From assembly GCA_963713925.1 (NCBI GenBank), contig OY970212.1:32001-96000 (forward strand): 64,000 bases of DNA. Reading direction: 5' to 3'. The DNA comes from an uncultured bacterium (GTDB taxonomy: Bacteria > Babelota > Babeliae > Babelales > Vermiphilaceae). A program made the translations under genes and the position numbers. The notes under the pieces are model-generated. The model was not told the origin of the DNA. It saw only the letters and a list, made by a program, of their open reading frames with translations, and searched no databases. Shown in pieces: positions 48,502-57,790 of this stretch (positions are counted from its first letter, which is position 1; the number at the start of each line of letters is the position of its first letter).

Positions 48502-48993
48502 TTGAAAAAGATCTTCTTAGTTTTAACTTGTGCAGCAGCTTTTTGCAATGCCGCAGAGCCACAATACGGGGTCCTTATTCAAATTTTTAAGATGATTGAT
48601 CCTGCCACAAAAAGTTATGACTTAGACATATATGTCGTAAATCGTCAATCTATTCGTCCTTTGTTTAATCACATTACATGTAACTGTGGAAACAGGAATA
48701 TTATTAGATTTGATATGTTTTTAAAAGAAGCTGATTCCTCGCCTGAAAGACCATCAAACAACATCTCGATTAAAATATCAAAAAAACCAGGAACTACCAG
48801 TTTTAAATATTCTTTTAAAGATAAAAATGGCGAATCAATCAGCTTTGAACAACTACCCTCTATTGTTGATCTGCCAAATCAGCTGGAAAGCGTAAATATG
48901 TGGATTCCCGTCGATGGGAACCATGCACAATTCTTGCAAACAGTACAGCAGACATTACAGCCATTTAAATACACAGAAAAGAAAGTTAAATAA
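48502..48993 (+). CDS. Secreted hypothetical protein
   Basis: AAGGA RBS, TTG start, signal peptide. Confidence 0.6.
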   Translation: MKKIFLVLTCAAAFCNAAEPQYGVLIQIFKMIDPATKSYDLDIYVVNRQSIRPLFNHITCNCGNRNIIRFDMFLKEADSSPERPSNNISIKISKKPGTTSFKYSFKDKNGESISFEQLPSIVDLPNQLESVNMWIPVDGNHAQFLQTVQQTLQPFKYTEKKVK

Positions 48994-49927
48994 CAAACCC
49001 GGATAATCGAGCACGTGCCTTAGTCTCCCCATCAAACAAGGCTCGCGATAGGCGTTCCACTTTTGTCTCAATGTCCTGCTCTTGTTCTTCCAAATCCAAG
49101 AGGGCTATCGATTCGGTGCGTATATTTTGCCGCATTTTTTCATAAAATTCAGGGCTAAATTCATCGTCGGTGATATCAAGAAAATAGCAATATCGCTCAA
49201 TAAGGGTCACAAACAGATCATTCAAATCATCCTGATCATCTATGATATTTGCCTCATGCAAACTGGAAAGTCCTTGCGCAATTGATTTACACATTGACCA
49301 GGTATCAAACCCATCGGCAGGATTCCAGACAAGTCGATTAATACATCCATCTAAAAATAATAACATTGTTTTTCTGACCTCTTCATTTGTCGCATCTTTA
49401 TTGAAATGAAATGAATTATTTAAAGAGTCGATAACATTCGAAGATAAATCACTTAAAAAAAGATCGGGATCTTGCTTGAAAGCATCAAAAGAATTTAAAA
49501 ATGACCCATATAATAGCTCAAACACAGCTTTTTTTGCCGGATCAACATCGGGAGCTTTGAATATCATAAAATAGTCAGATAATATCCCCGGCAATTGCCT
49601 GATACACTCGCTCAGCGCATGTGCATTCACATAGGAGCTGCCTTTGATTTTGTTTGCAAACAACCGCATCACAGACTTACAATAGACTCTTTTATTATTA
49701 TTTTTTTTGCCGTGCTTGAGAAACTGCAGCAAATGAGAAAAATCATGCGCTAAACAATCGAGTGCATAACGCGGGTGATTAAAACTGTATTTAAAAAAAT
49801 CAGAAATTCCCACATTGGAAAAATGGATTGGTTTATGAAAAAAACGTACTTCAGAATGCATTGAACATGCGGTGCTTACGAAAAACAACAGCGAACCCAC
49901 ATATTTATTATAATATCTCACTTGCAT
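48986..49927 (-). CDS. Hypothetical helical protein
   Basis: 313-aa ORF with signal-like N-terminus. Confidence 0.65.
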   Translation of the reverse strand: MQVRYYNKYVGSLLFFVSTACSMHSEVRFFHKPIHFSNVGISDFFKYSFNHPRYALDCLAHDFSHLLQFLKHGKKNNNKRVYCKSVMRLFANKIKGSSYVNAHALSECIRQLPGILSDYFMIFKAPDVDPAKKAVFELLYGSFLNSFDAFKQDPDLFLSDLSSNVIDSLNNSFHFNKDATNEEVRKTMLLFLDGCINRLVWNPADGFDTWSMCKSIAQGLSSLHEANIIDDQDDLNDLFVTLIERYCYFLDITDDEFSPEFYEKMRQNIRTESIALLDLEEQEQDIETKVERLSRALFDGETKARARLSGFVI

Positions 49928-50080
49928 TGGAAAATCCTTATGCTAAGGTGATACAAGACAGTTACAACAGAATTTTTTATTATCGTGTCCTCCTAAAATA
50001 ACCCAACATTGCCAGCATAAATAGAAAACGGTAACATTTTGGGTTTACTTCTAATGATAGAAAAAGAAAAAGGATTGTAA

Positions 50081-51292
50081 ATGGCATTATATTTTTACAA
50101 AGCGCTATCAAAAGATGGAAAGCGAGTCTCTGGACAGCTTGATGGTACCTCTGTAAATAATGCCAAAGAACAACTCGTTGCACGCGGCCTTTATCCAACC
50201 GAAGTACTTTCTGCCCAAGAACGAGCCGCATCGAGCTGGTGGCGGTCACTCTTTATCAAAGGTTTTAAGCTTAAGCAAAAAATTTATTTCACGAATCAAC
50301 TTATTGTTTTGCTCAAAGCAGGAATTCCACTTTTACAAGCGCTTGAATTGTTAACCGATCAGTTTAGCGGTTCATTACGGCAAATGCTCATTGCTATCAA
50401 AGATGATGTAAAACAAGGTACTTCCTTTGCGCAAGCAATTGCCCAATACCCCAAAAGTTTTGATTCTATTTATGTCCAACTCGTGCGCGCCGGAGAAGCG
50501 AGCGGTAAATTGGAAGTGGTTTTGGAACGATTAGTTGCATATCTTGAACGTAAGCAAGAAACATCAAAGCGCATCAAAGATGCCTTGATGATGCCAATTA
50601 TTCAGCTTGTGATTGCCGTTATCGTCACTGGCGTCATGCTTTATTTTGTTGTCCCCCAAATGGCAGAAACATTCACAAAAATGGGGACCAAACTTCCTGC
50701 TATTACAGAATTTGTCATGAAAATCTCTAACGGGTTGCGATCATATTTTCTACCAATACTGCTTGTTATCGGCGCTGTGATTGGGATTTTTTTCTACTGG
50801 AAATCAACGCCGAACGGAAAATATGCACTTGATGTCATAAAGCTTAAAATTCCGGGAGTTAGCTATTTTGTGCGCATGAATGCGGTCGTACAATTTTGTT
50901 ATACGCTCGGGCTGTTGCTTCAAAACGGTGTCAATTTAGCGGAAGCACTTGATATTGTAGTGCGTATTGTTAATAACCAAATTTTAGCGCAAACATTAAG
51001 CCAAGCGCGCGATAAAATCATCAAGCAAGGTAAAATTTCTGCCTACTTAAAACAAACAGAGTTATTTCCCCCTATGGCAATTTATTTAATTAATACGGGA
51101 GAACAATCGGGGGAGTTAGATACAATGCTTTTGAATGTTGCTCGAAATTATGAGGGAGAATTAATTGGCTGGACAGACTCTTTAACAGCTCTCATAAACC
51201 CAATAATGTTGGTATTTATGGCGCTCATAGTAGGGTCAATTATTGCAGCAATTATGCTACCAACATTCAGTGTGATGGATAATATTAAATAG
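50081..51292 (+). CDS. gspF: Type II secretion/type IV pilus inner-membrane platform protein
   Basis: AGIPLLQAL, AGEASGKL, TGEQSGELD, INP. Confidence 0.92.
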   Translation: MALYFYKALSKDGKRVSGQLDGTSVNNAKEQLVARGLYPTEVLSAQERAASSWWRSLFIKGFKLKQKIYFTNQLIVLLKAGIPLLQALELLTDQFSGSLRQMLIAIKDDVKQGTSFAQAIAQYPKSFDSIYVQLVRAGEASGKLEVVLERLVAYLERKQETSKRIKDALMMPIIQLVIAVIVTGVMLYFVVPQMAETFTKMGTKLPAITEFVMKISNGLRSYFLPILLVIGAVIGIFFYWKSTPNGKYALDVIKLKIPGVSYFVRMNAVVQFCYTLGLLLQNGVNLAEALDIVVRIVNNQILAQTLSQARDKIIKQGKISAYLKQTELFPPMAIYLINTGEQSGELDTMLLNVARNYEGELIGWTDSLTALINPIMLVFMALIVGSIIAAIMLPTFSVMDNIK

Positions 51293-51328
51293 TGCATGAG
51301 TACAATAGTATTTTTTTGAAAGGATATT

Positions 51329-51742
51329 ATGAATAGTGTTGCTCACAAATCGTCCCTTCGTCAGGGATTTACCATTATCGAAATTACGATCGTACTTTTA
51401 ATAATTGGTATAATCGGTGGACTTCTTCTCATGAGACAACGTGGCGGCGGGGAAAGAGCGGCTCGTTTGGTTGTTACAAAACAACTACAACAAATTCAAG
51501 CTGCTCTCGATTCTTATGAACAAGATATGGATGGATATCCTGAACAGCTAAGCGATTTATGGACTCCGCCAAGTGACCAAGAAAAAGCAAACAAATGGTC
51601 TGAATATATCTCCAAACCGAAAGTTCCTGCCGGATGGAAGCCATATATTTATGAAAAAACAGAAGGCAGCGAGCGTCCATATGAACTAAGAGCTGTAAGA
51701 AAAGATGGCAAAGGCACAATCAATGCCGCGACTATGGAATAA
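51329..51742 (+). CDS. gspG: T2SS major pseudopilin GspG-like
   Basis: GFTIIE prepilin motif; ALDSY..D..YP. Confidence 0.75.
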   Translation: MNSVAHKSSLRQGFTIIEITIVLLIIGIIGGLLLMRQRGGGERAARLVVTKQLQQIQAALDSYEQDMDGYPEQLSDLWTPPSDQEKANKWSEYISKPKVPAGWKPYIYEKTEGSERPYELRAVRKDGKGTINAATME

Positions 51743-52307
51743 AAAACCCCAAGCATGGATTAAAGATGACCCTCAAAGGCCCGGTTTATACCCGGGCTTC
51801 ACCCTTATTGAAATTATTTTGGTAATCGGAATAATTGGGGTTATGGGTGGGCTTTTTTTACCATCTCTTTTCAGGCAGAAGCCAGACAAAGAAAGACGCA
51901 ACTTTATTGCATCACTCAATCATCTGACAAGTGTTGCTGTACGCAATGGCGCACGGACCGGAAAAATTCAACGTGTTTTATTTGAAATCAGGGAAAGAAA
52001 AATTAGTATCGATGAAGTCGAAAAGCCTGAACGTGGGGATCAAAAAATGGTGACGCGCCCGATCAAAGGAGCTTCACTTTCATCAATCAAAATCCCAAAA
52101 AACATCGATATTACGCGGTTTAGCATCGAAGGCATAAATGAATTTGAAGGTGGGGCGCGTGAAAGGGTCTGGTTTTTCATAATGCCAAGCGGCATTTCCC
52201 AAGACGTGCTCATCACGCTGGTAGACAAAAAAGACAAACGGGGCGGCAAAGCGCGCGTTGTTAATCTCAGTCTCAACCCGTTGCGCTCGGAATGGTTGGT
52301 GGTATGA
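51723..52307 (+). CDS. T2SS minor pseudopilin GspH-like
   Basis: GFTLIE; FFIMPSG; gene order. Confidence 0.7.
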   Translation: MPRLWNKKPQAWIKDDPQRPGLYPGFTLIEIILVIGIIGVMGGLFLPSLFRQKPDKERRNFIASLNHLTSVAVRNGARTGKIQRVLFEIRERKISIDEVEKPERGDQKMVTRPIKGASLSSIKIPKNIDITRFSIEGINEFEGGARERVWFFIMPSGISQDVLITLVDKKDKRGGKARVVNLSLNPLRSEWLVV

Positions 52308-52672
52308 AAAAAATGTTTGCTGGATTCACACTCATCGAAGTGATGCTCACCCTCATGATCGTCTCTCTGACAATCGGCCCGCTCTACGCACTTTATTCAA
52401 CTGTTATCAACTCCTTTACTCGCCGCACCAGAACATATGAATCTCTAACAACTGCGTATTCTGAGCTTTTACGAGTAAGCGTTCAAAAAGAAATCAAAGA
52501 ACGACAAACTCCCGAGCTCACGTTAAAACGAATTACTCCCACAACTTCTTTGAAAAATGTCGAAGCGATTCAAGCGTGGCAAGCGATCGTCAATTGGAAA
52601 GATCGAGGCGCAAGCCGAAAAGGCTCATTGGTCATGTATATAAATAAGAAGTCACCTAATGAGAGTAAATAA
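52304..52672 (+). CDS. T2SS minor pseudopilin GspI-like
   Basis: GFTLIEV; gene order. Confidence 0.7.
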   Translation: MKKMFAGFTLIEVMLTLMIVSLTIGPLYALYSTVINSFTRRTRTYESLTTAYSELLRVSVQKEIKERQTPELTLKRITPTTSLKNVEAIQAWQAIVNWKDRGASRKGSLVMYINKKSPNESK

Positions 52673-53696
52673 ATTAATAGCCTTCTTCAAATGTCAAAAT
52701 GGCCTGTCACGCCATAGCTCGCCATTGCTTGAAAAGCTATCGCGTAGCGACGGCGGAAGAGTGCGCTCCGGTTTCACACTAATCGAAATGATGATCGTGC
52801 TCATGCTCAGCGCAATCATTATTGGCATTATGCTCTCGAGTTATGGTCAACTGCAAAAAGCAACGCGTAGATTTGATTCACGCGTTGATCTGGAATCAAG
52901 CATTTTGGCAATAGCATCATTATTTGAGCGTGACGTATCCGGCGCCTGTATTCCGTTGCAATCATATCAAGCAGAAAAAGAGAAAAGAGCCGAAGAATCC
53001 CGTAAGAAGCAAGATCAGAATTCAGCCACTCAATCTTCACAACAAAAGGGCGGCGCAAAACCTTCACCTAATAATGCTCCCAAACAAGGTGACGAAAAAG
53101 AATCGCAACAAAAAACTCCTGAAGTAAAAGCAATTTTTTATGCAGAAAAAGGCGAAAAAGATATCACGAATCTTTTCACCTGCATCACCAACAATCCTTT
53201 GGATATTTACTGGTCTGAGGGTGCAGGACGTGCAAAACCGAAAATTGCGCGCGTAGTATTCCGATTGAAAAAAAATGAACGAGCGGCACAAGCGCCGTAC
53301 AGTCTCTGGCGGCAAGAAGGTCCTGATTTTGATTATCCATCCTACACAAAATCAGATTCTCAATATCGACAATATCTTGTCTCCGATATGATTTCCAAAT
53401 TTGCACTTACGTTTTATTCACACAAAACTGATAAAGAAGGCAAGACGCAAGAAGAAGTTTCTAAGCTGGAATATGGCAGCAATCAAGAAGTGAGTTTAGA
53501 GCTACCACAATTGGTAACTCTGGATATCACCGCGTATGATCCGAGGCAAAAACGAAGCCAATCATTTTCAATGACTTATCGCGTTTGGGGACAGCCGATT
53601 AAGATTGAAGAATCCGCCTCCACCAAGGCTACGGCGGGACAGGGCAGCCAAAGCGGCGACAAAGATGAAAACAAGGGTAAACCGAGACCACAGTAA
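52659..53696 (+). CDS. T2SS minor pseudopilin GspJ-like
   Basis: GFTLIEMM, FERDVS, LWRQE, LPQLV; unusually long leader. Confidence 0.7.
   Translation: MRVNKLIAFFKCQNGLSRHSSPLLEKLSRSDGGRVRSGFTLIEMMIVLMLSAIIIGIMLSSYGQLQKATRRFDSRVDLESSILAIASLFERDVSGACIPLQSYQAEKEKRAEESRKKQDQNSATQSSQQKGGAKPSPNNAPKQGDEKESQQKTPEVKAIFYAEKGEKDITNLFTCITNNPLDIYWSEGAGRAKPKIARVVFRLKKNERAAQAPYSLWRQEGPDFDYPSYTKSDSQYRQYLVSDMISKFALTFYSHKTDKEGKTQEEVSKLEYGSNQEVSLELPQLVTLDITAYDPRQKRSQSFSMTYRVWGQPIKIEESASTKATAGQGSQSGDKDENKGKPRPQ
52702..52759 (+). repeat. REP-like family C unit in the gspJ-like leader
   Basis: TGTCACGCCATAGC..TAGCGACGGCGGAA ends identical to the copy at about 53905-53935. Confidence 0.75.
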
Positions 53697-53728
53697 GGTA
53701 ATGCATGTTCTGTAGAGTTTTTAAAAAT

Positions 53729-53951
53729 GTTCGAATGGTTCGACTTCGCCTTGCTACGCTCACCACGAACGAACGGGGTCCTCATGCTTGCGCATGGGGT
53801 AAAACGGAAAAAAAAAGAAAAAGATTATCAGGACATAGTAAAGTCACCGTTCGTGGTGAGCGCAATGTAATGGAGTCGAACCATTCGAACCGGCCCCATG
53901 CAGCTTGTCACGCCATAGCCTTAGCGACGGCGGAAAGCGTGGGTAAAACGG
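53729..53951. repeat. Inverted pair of family A units with nested family B and C elements
   Basis: GTTCGAATGGTTCGACT..CTCACCACGAAC; CCGTTCGTGGTGAGC..AGTCGAACCATTCGAAC; GGGGTCCTCATG..CATGGGGT; GGCCCCATG[family C]GTGGGT. Confidence 0.8.
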
Positions 53952-53963
53952 CGGAAACGAGAA

Positions 53964-55124
53964 ATGGAGCCTATTGTGTTTAAAAAAATAACAAAATCTC
54001 GACACACTTCCGGTTATATTATGATTTTTGCACTCATGCTCGTAGGAGTGCTCACCGGCGTTGCTACTTTTGTTGCACTGCGCTCAAGCATTTTTACCCC
54101 GCGCATTAAACAATCAGAAGATTTTCTGCAGGCTCGTTTACTTGCATACTCGGGCATAGAAATTGTGTGCGCACAGCTCACTGAATGGCTTACCGAAAAA
54201 AAGCAGGAAGGACAAGAACAAACGGGCCAGCAAAACCAAACTCGGAATGGGCCCGCAAATCTTGGTCTCAATAATCAAAAAAAGAAGTCGCCTTTGGTGC
54301 AAATATTTGAAAAACTATTGCCAAAGCTCAACGTCTGGCAAGAACTCAAACTCAATACAAAGGAACATGGTGTTAATGGCGTAATTAAAACATGCATTAC
54401 TGCCGAATCGGGCAAAATCGATCTCAACGCATTGTGGGATTTCAAACAAAAACGATTTGTTTTTGAAGGGCAGGAAAAAAATCCGACAGCAGCATACGCC
54501 GGACTTATTCCCACGGCGCCTGCCCCCAAAGAATTGTGGGCAGATATCTTCAAAAAAATAGAACAACTGTCTGGTGGCACCAATTTGTTAACTGCGCTCG
54601 GCGAATATTTTAAAAAGCGTGGATTTATCATTAACGATCCGACTGATCTATTGATGATTAAAGAATTTGAAGTGTTCCAATACCGCCAATTTTATAACCC
54701 TGACGAACCGAATACGATTGCGCTAAGCGATATTTTCACAACGGTGTATCAAGATCGCATGATCGACCCTATACTTTTCTCTTCAAGCATGAAAAAAATA
54801 TTAGATATTCCCGTTGATTCTGAAAAAAAAGATATTACAGAATTGTTAAATGCCTACAATGACCAGGCAAACTGGAAAAGCGATTGGAATAAAATCTTAC
54901 GATCGTGGTATGAAAAAGACTTTAATAATTTACCCAAAGGAATAGAATCTATTTTGAGTAGAAAATCTGTGCCAAAACTCTTTTCTGTGCTATCGTACGC
55001 AATAATTGGGAAAACGACAGTAAAAATGCTTGCAATCGTCCAACTTGATAAAAAAGAAAAAAAGAGCGATGGTAAGAAAAGTGAAGTCGTTGAAGTCACT
55101 ATAAGAAATTTGTTTTGGTTGTGA
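53964..55124 (+). CDS. T2SS minor pseudopilin GspK-like
   Basis: SGYIMIFAL, QARLLAYSGIE, AESGKIDLN. Confidence 0.75.
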   Translation: MEPIVFKKITKSRHTSGYIMIFALMLVGVLTGVATFVALRSSIFTPRIKQSEDFLQARLLAYSGIEIVCAQLTEWLTEKKQEGQEQTGQQNQTRNGPANLGLNNQKKKSPLVQIFEKLLPKLNVWQELKLNTKEHGVNGVIKTCITAESGKIDLNALWDFKQKRFVFEGQEKNPTAAYAGLIPTAPAPKELWADIFKKIEQLSGGTNLLTALGEYFKKRGFIINDPTDLLMIKEFEVFQYRQFYNPDEPNTIALSDIFTTVYQDRMIDPILFSSSMKKILDIPVDSEKKDITELLNAYNDQANWKSDWNKILRSWYEKDFNNLPKGIESILSRKSVPKLFSVLSYAIIGKTTVKMLAIVQLDKKEKKSDGKKSEVVEVTIRNLFWL

Positions 55125-55143
55125 AGCAAAAAAAGGAACTGCC

Positions 55144-56784
55144 TTGCAAGGTGCTAATGAAACTCGAGTCGGTATATTCGTTTTGATTGCATTACTTATT
55201 TTGGCCTATATGGGATTTCATATAGGGGCATTTCGTTTTGATCGTGGAAACTACTCGAAATATACTGTCTATTTTAAAGATATTTCTGGTTTATCAAGAA
55301 AAGCTGAAGTAAAAATCGCCGGAGTTAAAGTCGGTTGGGTGGAAACAATCAACCTTGTTGATGGTGAAACCATGGCTGCTGAGGCAGATATTTACGTACT
55401 CAAACAGTATGAACTTCATGAGGATTCTCATGCTATGGTTCGCCAAGAAGGGCTACTTGGACCAAAATATTTAGAACTTGTCCCCGGCGACCCAATGTTG
55501 CCGACCATTGCACCAGGCTCTCATTTAGGAAAACCGAGCATTCATCCGGTTTTAATTGATGACTTGATGCATCAAGTGAAAAAAATTGCATCAAACGTTG
55601 AAAGCGTAACGAACTCCATGCGTGCAGCAGTGGGAGGGGAAGAAGGAAAAGAAGAGTTGCGCATAATCGTCAGAAATATAGACACAGTCACCAAAAATTT
55701 TGCTGAATTCTCGGAAATAATTTCTAGATCTTTTGTAAACAATGAGTCCAATATTGATGCCATATTGCAAATGGGTGGACAAATTAGCCGATTGACTACA
55801 CGCATTGAAGACGACTTGTTGCCCACATTTAAAGATAGTATCGAACGAATCTCGGGTGTTTTTGATCGCGATTTAAGTAAGCTCTCACAGCGGCTCGAGT
55901 CAACGGCAATAGCGCTCGAAGAAGCCTCATTTCAAGTGCGCGATAGTTTCAGAAATGTAACCTCAGTGACTGAAAAAATCGATGAGGGCCAAGGACTTAT
56001 CGGTAAATTGGTCAATGACGATGAAACATATGAAGATCTCAAAGTGGCTGCCGAAGGCTTGAGAAACTACTTTGCACGCGTTAACAAGATGCAAATCGTA
56101 TTTGATACGCACTTTGAAACCATGTTGCGCCCGGGGGAAAACTATGATTTTGAAGATTCAAAGGGTTATTTAAACGTTCGCATGCATCTCGCGCAAGATT
56201 ATTTCTTCATGCTCCAAGTGGTTGGATCTGAAAAGGGCTTTGTTAACAGATACGAAATTGAACCTTCATACATCGATTGTGATGGAAATTATATTGATGC
56301 AAGAAATCTTAATTTGACCGACAATGATCGTATTGAAAATATTTTTACCCAAAGAAGAACCATTTTCACGCGCGGCGACGTGCGATTCGGTGTGCAACTA
56401 GGTAAAATTTTCGGCGACATCGCGTTGCGTCTCGGAATGTTTGAAAACGCAGTCGGTGCGGCAGTCGATGTTGACGTGCCGCTCTATCGCGACAAATTCC
56501 GCTGGGTCACCACCTTTGAAGCGTTCGACTTTAGAGGTTGGAACCGTCGTGATGACCGTCGTCCTCACTTGAAATGGCTCAACCGCATGTTCTTCATGCG
56601 CAACCTTTACTTTGTGTTCGGCGCTGACGACTTTATCAGTAAACGTAATGCAAATATTTTCTTTGGTGGTGGTATGCGTTTTGGCGATGATGATGTAAAA
56701 TACTTCATGAGCACACTTGCTCCTCTGGCTGCTTCATCAGCCGGCGGCGGATTGAGTCAAACAATTGCGGTTAACCAAAACTAA
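55144..56784 (+). CDS. mlaD: MCE/MlaD family protein with long helical region and C-terminal beta-rich domain
   Basis: ETRVGIFV, GLSRKAEVKIAGVKVG, GLLGPKYLEL.PG, GLIGKLVND. Confidence 0.85.
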   Translation: MQGANETRVGIFVLIALLILAYMGFHIGAFRFDRGNYSKYTVYFKDISGLSRKAEVKIAGVKVGWVETINLVDGETMAAEADIYVLKQYELHEDSHAMVRQEGLLGPKYLELVPGDPMLPTIAPGSHLGKPSIHPVLIDDLMHQVKKIASNVESVTNSMRAAVGGEEGKEELRIIVRNIDTVTKNFAEFSEIISRSFVNNESNIDAILQMGGQISRLTTRIEDDLLPTFKDSIERISGVFDRDLSKLSQRLESTAIALEEASFQVRDSFRNVTSVTEKIDEGQGLIGKLVNDDETYEDLKVAAEGLRNYFARVNKMQIVFDTHFETMLRPGENYDFEDSKGYLNVRMHLAQDYFFMLQVVGSEKGFVNRYEIEPSYIDCDGNYIDARNLNLTDNDRIENIFTQRRTIFTRGDVRFGVQLGKIFGDIALRLGMFENAVGAAVDVDVPLYRDKFRWVTTFEAFDFRGWNRRDDRRPHLKWLNRMFFMRNLYFVFGADDFISKRNANIFFGGGMRFGDDDVKYFMSTLAPLAASSAGGGLSQTIAVNQN

Positions 56785-56797
56785 CGAAGGATACATC

Positions 56798-57202
56798 ATG
56801 AAAAAATTATTGATCATCAGTATGCTGACAATCGCATATGGCCAGATGCATGCAATAGACACAACAGGAGTAGGCGGATTCATAAGCAGAAGCTGGACAG
56901 TAGAAGAAGTAAATAATTTTTTCTCTCGCTTACTAGGCAAAAAAGATAACTCTCATCAGGAAAATTCAAAAAGTACAATTCCTGCTCAAAAAGCTCAAAT
57001 AATAACCCCGGAAGAAATGATCTTTCAATATGCCAAACAAAACCTTCCTATTGTAAATGGGCAAGTTACTCTCAAAATCGATATAGAAAAGAAAACAATA
57101 ACAAGCAAAGTGCCTGATCACAAAGTACTTTGCATCATGGGTGGAGGAGTAGCGGGTATTGCAGTCGGCGTCATTGCCACGGCAATGTATTTTAATCGTT
57201 AG
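56798..57202 (+). CDS. Small protein with signal peptide and C-terminal TM anchor (paralog A)
   Basis: MKKLLI; IFQYAKQNLP..LKIDIE; GGGVAGIAVG tail. Confidence 0.65.
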   Translation: MKKLLIISMLTIAYGQMHAIDTTGVGGFISRSWTVEEVNNFFSRLLGKKDNSHQENSKSTIPAQKAQIITPEEMIFQYAKQNLPIVNGQVTLKIDIEKKTITSKVPDHKVLCIMGGGVAGIAVGVIATAMYFNR

Positions 57203-57291
57203 AAAAAATAAATCTAAAAACAAGAAGAGCGTTTCAACCGAGACGCTCTCTTTATTTACAACAATTTTACCTCAAACCAGAAGGATTACTC

Positions 57292-57642
57292 ATGAAAAAA
57301 CTATTACTTCTCGGCGCATTAGTAACCACATACGCACACATATCTGCTGAAGAAAATTCACCTTCCAAAGACATTGAAACGATCTATCAACTCATCAAAA
57401 AAAATTTTCCAACAGCAAACGATAAGCATTTCTTCAAAATCGATGTCAAAAGTGGAACTATGACGCAGTTTTCTCAAGACGATCTGAATGGGCGATATGT
57501 TACGCTGGATAGAGTAAGTCTCAAAGATCCGCAAATCGGCTATTCAGGGTGGACAGTGGCAACTGTGGCAGGAGCAAGTTTCGTTGGCGGAGGGTTAGCT
57601 GCAATTGTTATAGCTGGCCTAACAAGCGGAAGACGCGGCTAA
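57292..57642 (+). CDS. Small protein with signal peptide and C-terminal TM anchor (paralog B)
   Basis: MKKLLL; IYQLIKKNFP..FKIDVK; GASFVGGGLA tail. Confidence 0.65.
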   Translation: MKKLLLLGALVTTYAHISAEENSPSKDIETIYQLIKKNFPTANDKHFFKIDVKSGTMTQFSQDDLNGRYVTLDRVSLKDPQIGYSGWTVATVAGASFVGGGLAAIVIAGLTSGRRG

Positions 57643-57731
57643 AAACACTACTCCCTAGAAAAATTCTCGGTTTGCGTTTAGGCGCTTACATTTTTCATCG
57701 ACTTTATGAAGATCTTTATACAGAATGCAAA

Positions 57732-57764
57732 AAAGCCGACTCAAAAAATATCTGAGTCGGCTTT
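57732..57764. terminator. Bidirectional intrinsic terminator
   Basis: AAAGCCGACTCA..TGAGTCGGCTTT. Confidence 0.7.
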
Positions 57765-57790
57765 GTAATTTCGTGAATTTTTTTACTCGT

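Noticed and set aside
53705..53983. 92-aa ORF between gspJ and gspK
   Set aside because: Composed of palindromic repeat sequence, no protein features
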